From NCBI GenBank assembly GCA_023898645.1, contig CP060232.1, positions 240,001 through 272,000 on the forward strand: a DNA stretch of 32,000 nucleotides, given 5' to 3'. The position numbers and the translations under genes are program-made. Below the pieces are notes generated by a model. It was not told where the DNA came from, did not search any database, and saw nothing but the letters and a program-made list of their open reading frames with translations. The stretch comes from Candidatus Saccharimonadota bacterium. Lineage in GTDB: Bacteria > Patescibacteriota > Saccharimonadia > Saccharimonadales > Saccharimonadaceae. Of this stretch, positions 9,981-19,492 are shown piece after piece; position 1 is the stretch's first letter, and the number at the start of each line of letters is the position of its first letter.

Positions 9981-10573
9981 CGTGTATATACCTTTATGCT
10001 AATCGGATTAACTACCACTTGATTATTGGTTGCATTTTTTGACATCGATATACCCGTAAGTTGCATTTTTGTAAGATTTGACTCAATTGAATAGATAAAG
10101 TTCATAATAGCACTGTAAGAAACGGGGCTTTTTATACTAATTGATGCTTCTGTTGTTTTGAGGCCGGCTATCGAAGTTGCCGTACTTGCAGCGGATTGAG
10201 TTGAAGGCGTATCACTTGCCCCGAAAGAAAATCCTGTAATTGTGACGCCGGCTGCGGCCGCGTATGACGATATGTCGTCAATAATTTGATTTTGGTATTG
10301 GTAGTGTGTACTGTCGGCAACGATTTTCTCTGCTCTCGTTACGGCGACTTTGTTGATTTCAAGTTCATCTTTAAGTTTTTGGAGTTGAGTAACTTCATTG
10401 GAACTTACAGTGGCGGCCACATTGTCCGCACTTACTTGGTTTGAGTAATTGACTAAGAATAAGCGGAAATACCAGAATCCAGTACAAGCAACCAGTACGA
10501 GTAGCAGAATTGATGCCATGAGTATAACCTTTAATTTCGTTGCTGACAGTCCTTTTAGTTGATTGCTTATCAT
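9977..10573 (-). CDS. PilO-like type IV pilus alignment protein
   Basis: 198 aa. N-terminal TM, a coiled-coil segment, then an alpha/beta C-terminal domain. It follows pilN with translational coupling. Assignment rests on position and architecture only. Confidence 0.5.
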   Translation of the reverse strand: MISNQLKGLSATKLKVILMASILLLVLVACTGFWYFRLFLVNYSNQVSADNVAATVSSNEVTQLQKLKDELEINKVAVTRAEKIVADSTHYQYQNQIIDDISSYAAAAGVTITGFSFGASDTPSTQSAASTATSIAGLKTTEASISIKSPVSYSAIMNFIYSIESNLTKMQLTGISMSKNATNNQVVVNPISIKVYTR

Positions 10574-11136
10574 TACATATCCACCCTATTCAACTTAGCG
10601 CTTATCACAAATGAGACAGGATAATTTCCGTCTGGGCTACCGCCGCCATCCGTGAGTGCTTGGAAAAAAACGTTGCTGAAGAGTTTTGACGACTGAAAGT
10701 TTGCTTTAAGTTTGGTAGCATCTGCATAATTGCGCGCATGAGCAGAGAATGAACTTTGCTGCCCGAATGTAGAGTCGCTGAGGTTTAGGCTGTCTAAGAC
10801 GACGCCGCTAGGTACGAGCTTAGTAATTGAGTTGACGATACTCGTATAGCTGACTGCATTTGAAAATATGGTTTTAGCAACCGCAAGATTATTTTTGTAA
10901 TTTGTAGCTTGTTGACGAACGCTCGCATAATTTGAAGCTTTGCTACTATTGTCGGTGCTTGTACTGACGGCGCCCGACTGAGTGGCATGGAGGATGAAAT
11001 AAAACATTGCACTGAAAAGTACCAAGACACCAATGGCTACAAGTACCATAAAGTTGTATCGAAGGAGGACGACGTTCATACGGCCGGCGCGGATGTTGCG
11101 TTTTTCTTCGTCTGGTAGTAGATTAATCATTTCCAC
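10573..11136 (-). CDS. pilN: PilN-like type IV pilus assembly protein
   Basis: 187 aa. N-terminal INLLPDEEK motif followed by a TM helix. Overlaps the pilM stop. Confidence 0.75.
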   Translation of the reverse strand: MEMINLLPDEEKRNIRAGRMNVVLLRYNFMVLVAIGVLVLFSAMFYFILHATQSGAVSTSTDNSSKASNYASVRQQATNYKNNLAVAKTIFSNAVSYTSIVNSITKLVPSGVVLDSLNLSDSTFGQQSSFSAHARNYADATKLKANFQSSKLFSNVFFQALTDGGGSPDGNYPVSFVISAKLNRVDM

Positions 11137-12179
11137 ATCGCTCCCTTAGGAATGTTGGCGAGCCCTGCTACGCTTATATAGCGTGATCGGAATTGTTTTG
11201 CTGGCTGTGGCAATTCACCAAAATCTAAATCTTGCCAAGGGTTTGCGGTACGTGCGGGCATTACGAGCTCGTCTGTAAAGAAATCGCCGATACCGGGAAC
11301 ATTACTACCGCTACCAACAACGAGCACTTGTTCAAGCCGCCTTTCGTTGCTAATACGCTCGTTATAATAGCGAATTACTTTACGTGTTTCAGTGATGATG
11401 TTTCGAAGAGATGGTCGCAGTGCGCTAGCTAATTTTGCTTGCTTTGGGCCTGAGGAGAGACCGTTAAGCACCTTTAGTTGGTGTGCATTTTCGAGTGTGA
11501 CGCCTAACTTTTTCGAGATATCAAGCGTGAACGAGTTGCCTCCTGTCGGGACGCCACCGGTTATTCTAATGGAACCGTCTAGTACGGCTATGTCAGTGTT
11601 TGTCGCGCCTATATCAACGATGACTGTCGGCAAGTAACCTTCCTCGGTTGTTTTAAGGACTCGTGCTACGGCATTTATGGCTGGTTCGATCATTGTCGGC
11701 GTGAGACCAACGGCCTTGCAGGCGTCGAGTGTTGTGTCAACAAGCTTTCGAGGTACTGCACTCATTATGACCGTGAGTAGATCACCATTGCGCTCAATAA
11801 TTTCATAATCAACATAAAGCAAGGGCATTGGAATCGGTATATACTGTCCAACTTCAAGTGATACGGCTTCCTTAAGTGTTCTTTCTGCATTTGCCGGTAC
11901 GGTAAAGGTACGCGAAAATGTTCGAGCGGTCGGGATACCGACGACTATTTGATCACTGACAAGATTACCGACAAGCTTACGTTCAAGCAGCGTCTGTAGA
12001 CTTTTTACAAGGTAACTTCCTTCACCGTCGAGAGCTTTTTTTATCTGGGCTGGATCAAGATCCATGACACCATAACCAGTTACGAACTGGCGTTTAATAT
12101 CTATGGACATGATTTTCATGTCGGTACTGCCAATGTCAAGGCCGACAAGAGGTTTATCGTTAAAGAATAGCTTGTTCAT
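11127..12179 (-). CDS. pilM: Type IV pilus assembly ATPase-like protein PilM (actin/FtsA fold)
   Basis: 350 aa. VGLDIGSTDMKIM and VVDIGATNTDIAV actin-like phosphate-binding motifs. Confidence 0.85.
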   Translation of the reverse strand: MNKLFFNDKPLVGLDIGSTDMKIMSIDIKRQFVTGYGVMDLDPAQIKKALDGEGSYLVKSLQTLLERKLVGNLVSDQIVVGIPTARTFSRTFTVPANAERTLKEAVSLEVGQYIPIPMPLLYVDYEIIERNGDLLTVIMSAVPRKLVDTTLDACKAVGLTPTMIEPAINAVARVLKTTEEGYLPTVIVDIGATNTDIAVLDGSIRITGGVPTGGNSFTLDISKKLGVTLENAHQLKVLNGLSSGPKQAKLASALRPSLRNIITETRKVIRYYNERISNERRLEQVLVVGSGSNVPGIGDFFTDELVMPARTANPWQDLDFGELPQPAKQFRSRYISVAGLANIPKGAMWK

Positions 12180-12251
12180 TTCATGATGCCCACGTATATT
12201 TTTACAAAGTTTATTGTAGCATGGCCGTACTGCTTATGGCTAGTCATCTTA

Positions 12252-13475
12252 TTACTGAATTTGGTTCGCTAAGTTGGCTATCGGGCCCATTACACTGGCG
12301 GCGATCAAACCGACTGCACCACCCATGATGACGATCATGATTGGTTCTATGATCGAGCTTAGGCTATTGATGGCCTCGTCAACTTCTTCCTCGTAAAATT
12401 CGGCAACCTTAATGAGAACCGTATCTGTCTGGCCGGTTTCTTCACCGACTGCGAGCATTTGTGAAACGATCGCCGGATACAGTCCGCCATCTTCGAGTAC
12501 TCTTGATAGTTGTTGCCCGTTTTTAACTTTGTCGACTGCACTTAGGAGAGATTCTTCATATACGACATTTCCAAGTGCGTGAGCGGTAACCGTCATGGTT
12601 TCAAGTATGGTAACGCCTGCGCCACTAAGAGCCGAAAAAGTTCGTGCAAATCGTGCGACAACGACTTTACGAATAACTCCGTTAATTGCCGGTATTTTGA
12701 GGACGATAGTGTGGAATACTTTTCTACCGGCGGGTGTTTTGATGTATCGCAACAATAATGCGACACCGCCAACAGTGGCGGCGATGACAAATACACCATA
12801 TTGCAACATAAATGAGCTGGTGCCAAGCATGAATAAAGTCAGGGCAGGTAGCTGTGCGCCAGGTCCTGCAAGTGAGCCGATAATCTCGCCGATTTTAGGG
12901 ATGACGAAAAGCATTAAACCAAAGAACGCCAATACGGTAATAACGAGCAGGACCATAGGGTATGTCATTGCTCCCTTTACCTTTTTGCGTATGGTAGCAT
13001 TTTTTTCTTGCTGTAACGCCAATCGTTTTAGGATTTCGTCAAGAATACCGGCAGTTTCGCCAGCTCGCACCATGTTGACATAGACATCGCTAAACGTTTT
13101 AGGGTGTTTTTCAAGAGCGCTACCGAGTGTCGATCCTTCCTCAACTTCGCGGATGACTTCGCTTAAAATTTCTTTTAAAGCAGGGCTTTCCGAATGTTGT
13201 TCAAGTGAATTAAGCGATCTTAGGAGGGGTACGCCAGCTCCAACCATGGCACTTAGTTGTCGAGTGAAGATAACGAGGTCGTCAGACTTAACCTTCGTAG
13301 AATGCGTAAGACTATTGAGAAATGGTGATGATTTTTTTTCTGGAGTTATGCTCAACGGTCGAAGATTTTGCTTTTTCAGGGATTCGATAACAGCGGCTTC
13401 ATCTGCTGCGTCGATGCTGCCTTTTGTTGTCTTGTTCGACCTTTCCGTTGTTGCTACATATTGAAATACAGGCAT
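12252..13475 (-). CDS. pilC: Type IV pilus platform protein PilC (GspF family)
   Basis: 407 aa. Duplicated T2SS-F domains, three TM segments, MVRAGETAGILDEIL and MLAVGEETGQTD repeat motifs. Confidence 0.9.
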   Translation of the reverse strand: MPVFQYVATTERSNKTTKGSIDAADEAAVIESLKKQNLRPLSITPEKKSSPFLNSLTHSTKVKSDDLVIFTRQLSAMVGAGVPLLRSLNSLEQHSESPALKEILSEVIREVEEGSTLGSALEKHPKTFSDVYVNMVRAGETAGILDEILKRLALQQEKNATIRKKVKGAMTYPMVLLVITVLAFFGLMLFVIPKIGEIIGSLAGPGAQLPALTLFMLGTSSFMLQYGVFVIAATVGGVALLLRYIKTPAGRKVFHTIVLKIPAINGVIRKVVVARFARTFSALSGAGVTILETMTVTAHALGNVVYEESLLSAVDKVKNGQQLSRVLEDGGLYPAIVSQMLAVGEETGQTDTVLIKVAEFYEEEVDEAINSLSSIIEPIMIVIMGGAVGLIAASVMGPIANLANQIQ

Positions 13476-13477
13476 GT

Positions 13478-15274
13478 TTATTCCTTTGTCACTCTTAAGA
13501 CTTCTTCGATAGTTGTTTGCCCGCGCAATGCTTTTATCAGGCCGTCAATCTGCATTGTTAACATTCCTTCTGATATAGCTTGGTTTTGGATTTGCGCACT
13601 TGTAGCATTCGTAGTTATGAGTTTCTGCATTGCCGTAGTGTTGTTGAGTACTTCAAAAATACCAATACGGCCCGAAAATCCATCATGTTTACCATTTTCA
13701 TCTTCATAATCGGTAGGCTTATAAAGCGTATGAATACCTTCGGGTGTGGTGCTCAGTGGCGTGTCGCCTCCGATGCCGGCGGCTGCGGCTCGTTTTTCCA
13801 GCTCATGTATGTAGCTCATGTCTCGGTCGGACTGCAGATTAAAGAGGTGGGTAATTGCTTGCTTCTCCTCGTCGGACGGCTGGTAGGCTGTTCGTGTTTG
13901 TTTTTCTAGTTTGCGTACAAGGCGCTGGCCGACTATAGTCCTGACGGTGCTGGCAATTAAGAATGGTTCAATGTCCATGTCGAGGAGACGCGGCAAGGCG
14001 GTTGCGGCGTTGTTGGTGTGTAGCGTACTAAAGACAAGGTGTCCTGTCAGCGCAGCCTGAACTGCTAGGTTTGCCGTTTCGGCGTCACGAATCTCACCGA
14101 CCATTATGATGTTTGGATCTTGACGTAGTAGCGCGCGAAGGCCGCCTGCGAATGTAAGACCTGCTACTTCATTTGTCTGAGTTTGGTTGATCCCAGGTAT
14201 TCGATATTCTACCGGGTCTTCGATTGTACTGATGTTGACGTCAATTTTATTGAGTTGGATGAGTGCTCCGAAAAGACTAGTAGATTTACCGCTTCCTGTT
14301 GGTCCGGTGATAAGCACCATGCCGTGTGGTTCGTTAATCGCATCAGTAATTGTTTCCATGGCATAGCCCCAGTAACCCAAGTCTTCTAGGCTAACCGCTT
14401 GATTTGATTCGTCTAAAATACGCATGACGACTTTTTCACCGTCTGCAATAGGCAGCGTGCTAACACGCAAGGCGTACTGTTTGCCAGTGATATTTACCTT
14501 AAAGCGGCCGTCTTGAGGTACGCGGCGTTCGTCGATTTTAAGATTTGACAAAATTTTGATACGACTAACTAATGCTGCGTGGACATTACGCGGCAATCGG
14601 TTCACTTCTTTAAGGATTCCGTCAATACGGTATCGGATTTCGACAAAGTCTTCACGGGGTTCTATGTGGATGTCGCTGGCGTTGCTGCGAATGGCGTATT
14701 CAAGCAAAAGGTTAATCGTTTGAGCGATGGGTGAGTCTTCGCTCACGTCTTCGTCTCTGACCGATTCTACTTTTGTCTGCTCCTCGACGCGCTGCGTGTC
14801 GATAACATCGGATAACTCCTGGTCAACGCTACCGCGATATTTCTCTAAAGCAGCCTCGATATTAGCGCGTGATGCTATGTAGGTCTTCGTATTTGCGCCT
14901 ATTTGCTTTTCGATAAAGTCTACAGCTTGGACGTCGTCAGGGTCTTCCATGGCTAGGTGCATGAGACCGTTGCTGTCCACTTGGAACAAGACAGCGTTAT
15001 ATTGGCGAGCAATTCGTTCGGGGATTTTCTCTAATAGCTCAGGGGTGATTTCTTTGGGGTTTAGTTCTATGTAGGGTATGCCTGTGTACTCTGCAAACAA
15101 CTTGGTGAGAGTTTTGTCGTCGACGACATTTTTTTCAATCGCCAATTGATACATTGGTTTATGTGTATTAGCGCTCTCTGTTTTGAGGGCTGCTATATCT
15201 GCGTCAGAGAAGCGTTTACTTTGTGTGAGAAGCTTCTCTAATGTCCCATCCGATATATGCATAATCATTTCCAT
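13478..15274 (-). CDS. pilB: Type IV pilus assembly ATPase PilB (GspE family)
   Basis: 598 aa. N-terminal MshEN/GSPII-like domain, Walker A GPTGSGKST, Asp box and His box (GHLVFSTLHTNNA). The exact start among MEMIM is uncertain. Confidence 0.92.
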   Translation of the reverse strand: MEMIMHISDGTLEKLLTQSKRFSDADIAALKTESANTHKPMYQLAIEKNVVDDKTLTKLFAEYTGIPYIELNPKEITPELLEKIPERIARQYNAVLFQVDSNGLMHLAMEDPDDVQAVDFIEKQIGANTKTYIASRANIEAALEKYRGSVDQELSDVIDTQRVEEQTKVESVRDEDVSEDSPIAQTINLLLEYAIRSNASDIHIEPREDFVEIRYRIDGILKEVNRLPRNVHAALVSRIKILSNLKIDERRVPQDGRFKVNITGKQYALRVSTLPIADGEKVVMRILDESNQAVSLEDLGYWGYAMETITDAINEPHGMVLITGPTGSGKSTSLFGALIQLNKIDVNISTIEDPVEYRIPGINQTQTNEVAGLTFAGGLRALLRQDPNIIMVGEIRDAETANLAVQAALTGHLVFSTLHTNNAATALPRLLDMDIEPFLIASTVRTIVGQRLVRKLEKQTRTAYQPSDEEKQAITHLFNLQSDRDMSYIHELEKRAAAAGIGGDTPLSTTPEGIHTLYKPTDYEDENGKHDGFSGRIGIFEVLNNTTAMQKLITTNATSAQIQNQAISEGMLTMQIDGLIKALRGQTTIEEVLRVTKE

Positions 15275-15357
15275 TATAGGAAAGTTAATTTCAAATTGCT
15301 AGAGTCTTTTATAAGTAAGGTTTTGTGCCGGAACCGCTATGGGATATAATGAATAAA

Positions 15358-15822
15358 ATGATAGAGGTATCGAGTGAAAAGCAAATGCAGATTTATGGCG
15401 AACGTCTTGGCCAGTTACTGGCGGGTGGCGAGGTTGTAGAACTAGTAGGTGACGTAGGAGCTGGTAAAACAACGTTTGTGCGGGGCGTAGCTCGCGGTAT
15501 GTCTGTGGATGAAACAGTTCAAAGTCCGAGTTTTACGATTAGCCGTATTTACGAAGCATCCGATGGCCGTCGTCTTGTACACTACGATTTTTATCGACTC
15601 AGTGATCCCGGCATTATGGAAGATGAACTTGCCGAAACTGTTGGTACTGATAAAACTGCCGTTGTTATTGAATGGGCAAACTCGGTCGCCGATACTCTTC
15701 CCGAGGATAGATTAACTATCTCTATCACGGTAACCGGAGAAAATACTCGCCAGTTATCACTTTCTGGAAGTGGTGAGGTTGGCCAGCGATTGGCGGAGGC
15801 ACTTGATGATCATTCTGCTTGA
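15358..15822 (+). CDS. tsaE: tRNA t6A37 biosynthesis ATPase TsaE
   Basis: GDVGAGKTTFVRG P-loop, SPSFTI and HYDFYRL motifs. I chose the ATG at 15358 because TATAAT at 15345-15350 lies 7 nt upstream of it. Confidence 0.85.
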   Translation: MIEVSSEKQMQIYGERLGQLLAGGEVVELVGDVGAGKTTFVRGVARGMSVDETVQSPSFTISRIYEASDGRRLVHYDFYRLSDPGIMEDELAETVGTDKTAVVIEWANSVADTLPEDRLTISITVTGENTRQLSLSGSGEVGQRLAEALDDHSA

Positions 15823-16192
15823 TACTTCAACCGCGGTTTGTCGGCTGACGCTTGTAGAAAATGACGAGCGGAAAGAATTTGAATGGCAGGCGGATAGGCA
15901 ACTTGCTAGGAGTCTACTGAAGTGGCTGAGTGACCAATTGGCAAGCCAAGGAAAGGCCTGGCGAGATATTACTGGAATTGGTGCATTTTTAGGCCCTGGT
16001 AGTTTTACGGGTCTTAGGATTGGACTAACGGTACTTAATACGCTCGCCGATAGTCTGTCTGTCCCCATTGTCGGGGCAACTGGCGATGCCTGGCAGGGCA
16101 AGGCACTGGAACGTTTAGTAAGTGATGAAAATGATCAGATCATCCTACCTTATTATGGTAGCGATGCAAAGATTACAACGCAACGTAAATAG
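15806..16192 (+). CDS. tsaB: TsaB-like protein, unusually short (N-terminal ASKHA half only)
   Basis: MIILLDTSTAVCRLTLV..., GPGSFTGLRIG motif. 128 aa from the ATG at 15806, which overlaps the tsaE 3' end. Confidence 0.7.
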   Translation: MIILLDTSTAVCRLTLVENDERKEFEWQADRQLARSLLKWLSDQLASQGKAWRDITGIGAFLGPGSFTGLRIGLTVLNTLADSLSVPIVGATGDAWQGKALERLVSDENDQIILPYYGSDAKITTQRK

Positions 16193-16345
16193 CCTTGCTA
16201 TTCATCATCGCTTGGCGCTACAATAAGTCAAGTTTGTAATAACGCAGACTCCGATAATTTACTGAATACATGGCGTTCGCCGACCGACTCAACGACTGAT
16301 TTACCAGAACTCGACTCCGGCGAGACGGACGCAGGAAGGATACAC

Positions 16346-17836
16346 ATGATTGAAGCAATCATCGCCGCAGTGGTTGGTGCTCTTTGTGGTGTGAGCGGCA
16401 CAGTCGTATACACCCGCAACCGAACGGAGGCGAGTAAAAATAAGGCCGAGCAAGCGCTTGCGAAGGCTCAGGAAAAGGCAAGTCAGATAGTACTTAAGGC
16501 TAAAGATGAAGCCATTGAACTAGAGAATGAACGTCGCAAAGAATTAAAGAAAACCGAAAATCGGTTAGCTGATCGCGAAACAACACTCGACAAGAAACTT
16601 GACGAACTTGACAAGCGGGCGGAAAAACTTCGAAGTCAAGAGAGCGAAGTTGAAAACCTCAAAGACGAGATTCGCGACATCAGAAAACGTCAACAAGAGA
16701 AGTTGGAAAAAATTGCCAAGTTGTCTAAGTCTGATGCTGCCGACAAGCTTATGCAGATGACTGAACATGACATCAAGAACGATCTGAGGGGGTTGATCTC
16801 TAAACTTCAGAAAGACGCAATGGATGACGCTGAGGAGCGTGCGCAGACCGTTATTTTGACCGCTATGGAGCGTATGAGCTCTGAAGTTACAGCTGAGCGT
16901 ACGGTAACAGCTATTAAGCTGGTGGACGAAGAGATGAAGGGGCGAATCATTGGCAAGGAAGGCCGAAATATTCAGTCGCTGCAACGTGCGACAGGCGTAG
17001 ATATTTTGGTTGACGATACGCCTGGTATGATCGTGCTTTCTAGCTTTGATCCAATTCGTCGTCAGGTTGCTCGCTTAAGTCTTGAGATGCTCATGAAAGA
17101 TGGGCGTATTCACCCGGGCCGCATCGAAGAAGTCGTTGCTAAAGCTCAAAAGCAGATTGAAAAAGAAATTAAACAGGCTGGTGAGGACGCGGCGCGTGAA
17201 GTTGGCGTGACTGGTATTCCGCGTGAAATGCTGCAGTTGCTTGGCGAGCTAAAATTCCGCACATCGTACGGTCAAAACGTTCTTATGCATAGTACCGAAA
17301 TGGCACATTTGGCCGGACTTATAGCTGAGGATATTGGTGCTGATGTCCGTACTGTTAAGATTGCTACTCTGTTGCACGATGTTGGCAAAGCAGTAACACA
17401 TAAAGTTGAAGGCAAACACCATCACATCGGTGCTGAGATGGCTCGTAAATATGGCATGAAGGAAGAGATTGCTCATGCGATTGAAGCGCATCATGACGAC
17501 GTTGAGGCTACGACACCTGAAGCGTTAGTCGTTCGTGTAGCAGATGCCTTGTCGGCTGCACGCCCGGGTGCGCGCAACATTAGTGCCGAGAACTTTGTCG
17601 AGCGTATGAAAGACCTAGAGAACATTGCAAATGGTTTCAAGGGAATCGACAAAGCATACGCCATAAGCGCAGGCCGTGAAGTTCGCGTTATCGTCAGGCC
17701 GGAGAATGTTGATGACCTTAGCGCCATCAAGCTCGCCCGAGACATCGCAACAAAGATTGAGTCGACCATGCAGTATCCAGGTACTATCAAGGTCAACGTT
17801 ATTCGTGAAACTCGAGCAATAGAGTTTGCTAAATAA
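16346..17836 (+). CDS. rny: Ribonuclease Y
   Basis: 496 aa. N-terminal TM anchor, long coiled coil, KH domain (GRIIGKEGRNIQSL), HD domain (LLHDVGKA...HH...EAHHDD). AGGAAGGA RBS. Confidence 0.92.
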   Translation: MIEAIIAAVVGALCGVSGTVVYTRNRTEASKNKAEQALAKAQEKASQIVLKAKDEAIELENERRKELKKTENRLADRETTLDKKLDELDKRAEKLRSQESEVENLKDEIRDIRKRQQEKLEKIAKLSKSDAADKLMQMTEHDIKNDLRGLISKLQKDAMDDAEERAQTVILTAMERMSSEVTAERTVTAIKLVDEEMKGRIIGKEGRNIQSLQRATGVDILVDDTPGMIVLSSFDPIRRQVARLSLEMLMKDGRIHPGRIEEVVAKAQKQIEKEIKQAGEDAAREVGVTGIPREMLQLLGELKFRTSYGQNVLMHSTEMAHLAGLIAEDIGADVRTVKIATLLHDVGKAVTHKVEGKHHHIGAEMARKYGMKEEIAHAIEAHHDDVEATTPEALVVRVADALSAARPGARNISAENFVERMKDLENIANGFKGIDKAYAISAGREVRVIVRPENVDDLSAIKLARDIATKIESTMQYPGTIKVNVIRETRAIEFAK

Positions 17837-17850
17837 ACGTAAAACAAAAA

Positions 17851-17882
17851 ATAACCTCACATTTGTGAGGTTATTTTTTTGT
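17851..17882. terminator. Bidirectional intrinsic terminator between the convergent rny and DUF2419-like genes
   Basis: ATAACCTCAC-ATTT-GTGAGGTTAT forms a perfect 10-bp stem. It is flanked by an A-run upstream and T7 downstream. Confidence 0.8.
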
Positions 17883-17892
17883 CTCGAAAAAA

Positions 17893-18882
17893 TTAATAGA
17901 AATAACTCACAGTAAGATGGTGTGGTTTAAGTGATGGGTCGCTTCGCATGTCCTGGCTAATTAGCCATAGTGATACGTCGATGTCAGCAATCGTCATGTC
18001 CGGTAATAGCTCGCTGAGATTCTTACATGCAGCGATGGTCGCGGCGCGGATCTCAACTTCTTCCGTTGAGCCGCTTGGGAGTAACTGCTTGCCTATGATT
18101 TTTTGACTAAGCGATTGCGAATATTGTAAAACGCCATAATGTTCGAGAATTTGAGGTAGGCGATAGTCGGCGAACACTGTCAATTTGTGAGTATTTTTTA
18201 TAGCAAAATCAGGGTATTTTTGAGTAAGCTGCGACAAGTCGTTTGGTAAAATTTGAGCGCGTTTTAGTATCCAAATCCACTTACCCTCATACCATGCGCC
18301 ATCGCGGTAGCTCGTCAGCGCGTGCGTTATCTCGCGAGCAATCGTAGGCGCATCAAAATCACATGCTTTTAAAAAAAGGTGCGCACTACCTTCATGTTTA
18401 CGTAGCAAAAAATTAGCTGCATCGACGATATTGTTAACGCGCCATTCTAATAGAGGGATCTGAATATTGTCTTGTCCTCGGAATATGTTTGCGGCTTGCG
18501 ACAGTGTCAGCTCTGACATAAATTGTGGATCATAAATAGGCACGCCATCGTCTAATGCTTTTGCAAATGCATTTCTCAGCCCATACCATCCACCGCTTGA
18601 CTGGCTATTATGTTCGAACTTCCATTTGTCTTTATCATCTTGCGCCCAGAAGCAAAAGTTCGCGGCTGTTTCGAAATAGACAAGGTTAATGTCTTTGTCT
18701 AAATCATCAGTGCTGCCAAACGCATCCTCAACATTATCGAATCCTTTTAAAAAACGTTGTCGTACTGGTTCGGCAAGTGCTTTTAGCCCCGCGTCGTCAA
18801 TCGTCACGTCGTGAGCATGTTCCACGACAAAGTTGGCCGAATCCCATACGTCTGAAGGGGTATTAAGTGTGTCTAGTTCCAT
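17893..18882 (-). CDS. DUF2419-like protein (queuosine salvage / QNG1-type family, from memory)
   Basis: ANFCFWAQDD, GGWYGL and ADYRLPQIL segments match my recollection of the DUF2419 family. I chose the ATG at 18882 because TGcTATACT (plus-strand coordinates 18889-18897) sits 6 nt upstream. Confidence 0.6.
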   Translation of the reverse strand: MELDTLNTPSDVWDSANFVVEHAHDVTIDDAGLKALAEPVRQRFLKGFDNVEDAFGSTDDLDKDINLVYFETAANFCFWAQDDKDKWKFEHNSQSSGGWYGLRNAFAKALDDGVPIYDPQFMSELTLSQAANIFRGQDNIQIPLLEWRVNNIVDAANFLLRKHEGSAHLFLKACDFDAPTIAREITHALTSYRDGAWYEGKWIWILKRAQILPNDLSQLTQKYPDFAIKNTHKLTVFADYRLPQILEHYGVLQYSQSLSQKIIGKQLLPSGSTEEVEIRAATIAACKNLSELLPDMTIADIDVSLWLISQDMRSDPSLKPHHLTVSYFY

Positions 18883-19019
18883 GTGTTTAGTATAGCAGTA
18901 ACCGCAGCGTATGGACTCGTGTGGCAAATTGACTTGGGTAGTAATATAGTATATAATTTTGGCTCATGGAAACGCCGAATCATGAGTAGGCGCTTCTCGT
19001 TCGTAAGGATAATAGTCTT

Positions 19020-19457
19020 GTGAGAAGTTACGACTACCGGAATACGCCTCCGCACGAGGTTGAGCCGAAGAAGTCAATTGACGCGGCGAACATTGAAGGT
19101 TCGGTGACGATTTTTACTTCGCGCGGTGTGGAGTTTACACTTCACCGTGTTTCTAGAAGTATGCCACCTCGTTTTTATCAGATGTTTTCCGACCGGACAG
19201 ACATTCCGGTTATAAGTAGCGAGCTGAATTCAGCATATGGCGAGCCGTACGCAACTTTCATGATTTTAGGCAATGTATTGACTGAGCGAGCTGAGATGGT
19301 ACTCATAACTGATGATGGTTATGAAGTGGAATATAGCGTGCGACGATTCAGCGTAAAAGAACCACCGGATTCACCTGAGCCATGGCGTAGAAACGGCAGG
19401 TGTGGATTTCAAAAAACTACGAGGAATCGGCATCTGGCTAATTCCATCCAATCCTAA
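19020..19457 (+). CDS. Hypothetical protein
   Basis: 145-aa ORF with a GTG start. AAGGA lies about 10 nt upstream. It has its own downstream GGGCCC hairpin plus T-run. No recognisable domain. Confidence 0.4.
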   Translation: MRSYDYRNTPPHEVEPKKSIDAANIEGSVTIFTSRGVEFTLHRVSRSMPPRFYQMFSDRTDIPVISSELNSAYGEPYATFMILGNVLTERAEMVLITDDGYEVEYSVRRFSVKEPPDSPEPWRRNGRCGFQKTTRNRHLANSIQS

Positions 19458-19463
19458 CCCATT

Positions 19464-19492
19464 GGGCCCTACAGCAATGTATGGGCCCTTTT
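19464..19492. terminator. Hairpin terminator between convergent genes
   Basis: GGGCCC (19464-19469) pairs with GGGCCC (19483-19488), which is self-complementary. The loop is 13 nt and is followed by TTTT. Confidence 0.55.

Noticed and set aside
12359-17860. Overlapping ORFs within pilC, pilB, tsaE/tsaB and rny (for example 12595-13083, 13153-13709, 13580-13909, 15757-16101, 16565-16984, 17491-17847)
   Set aside because: All are antisense or off-frame to genes with clear family signatures. They are treated as non-coding shadows.
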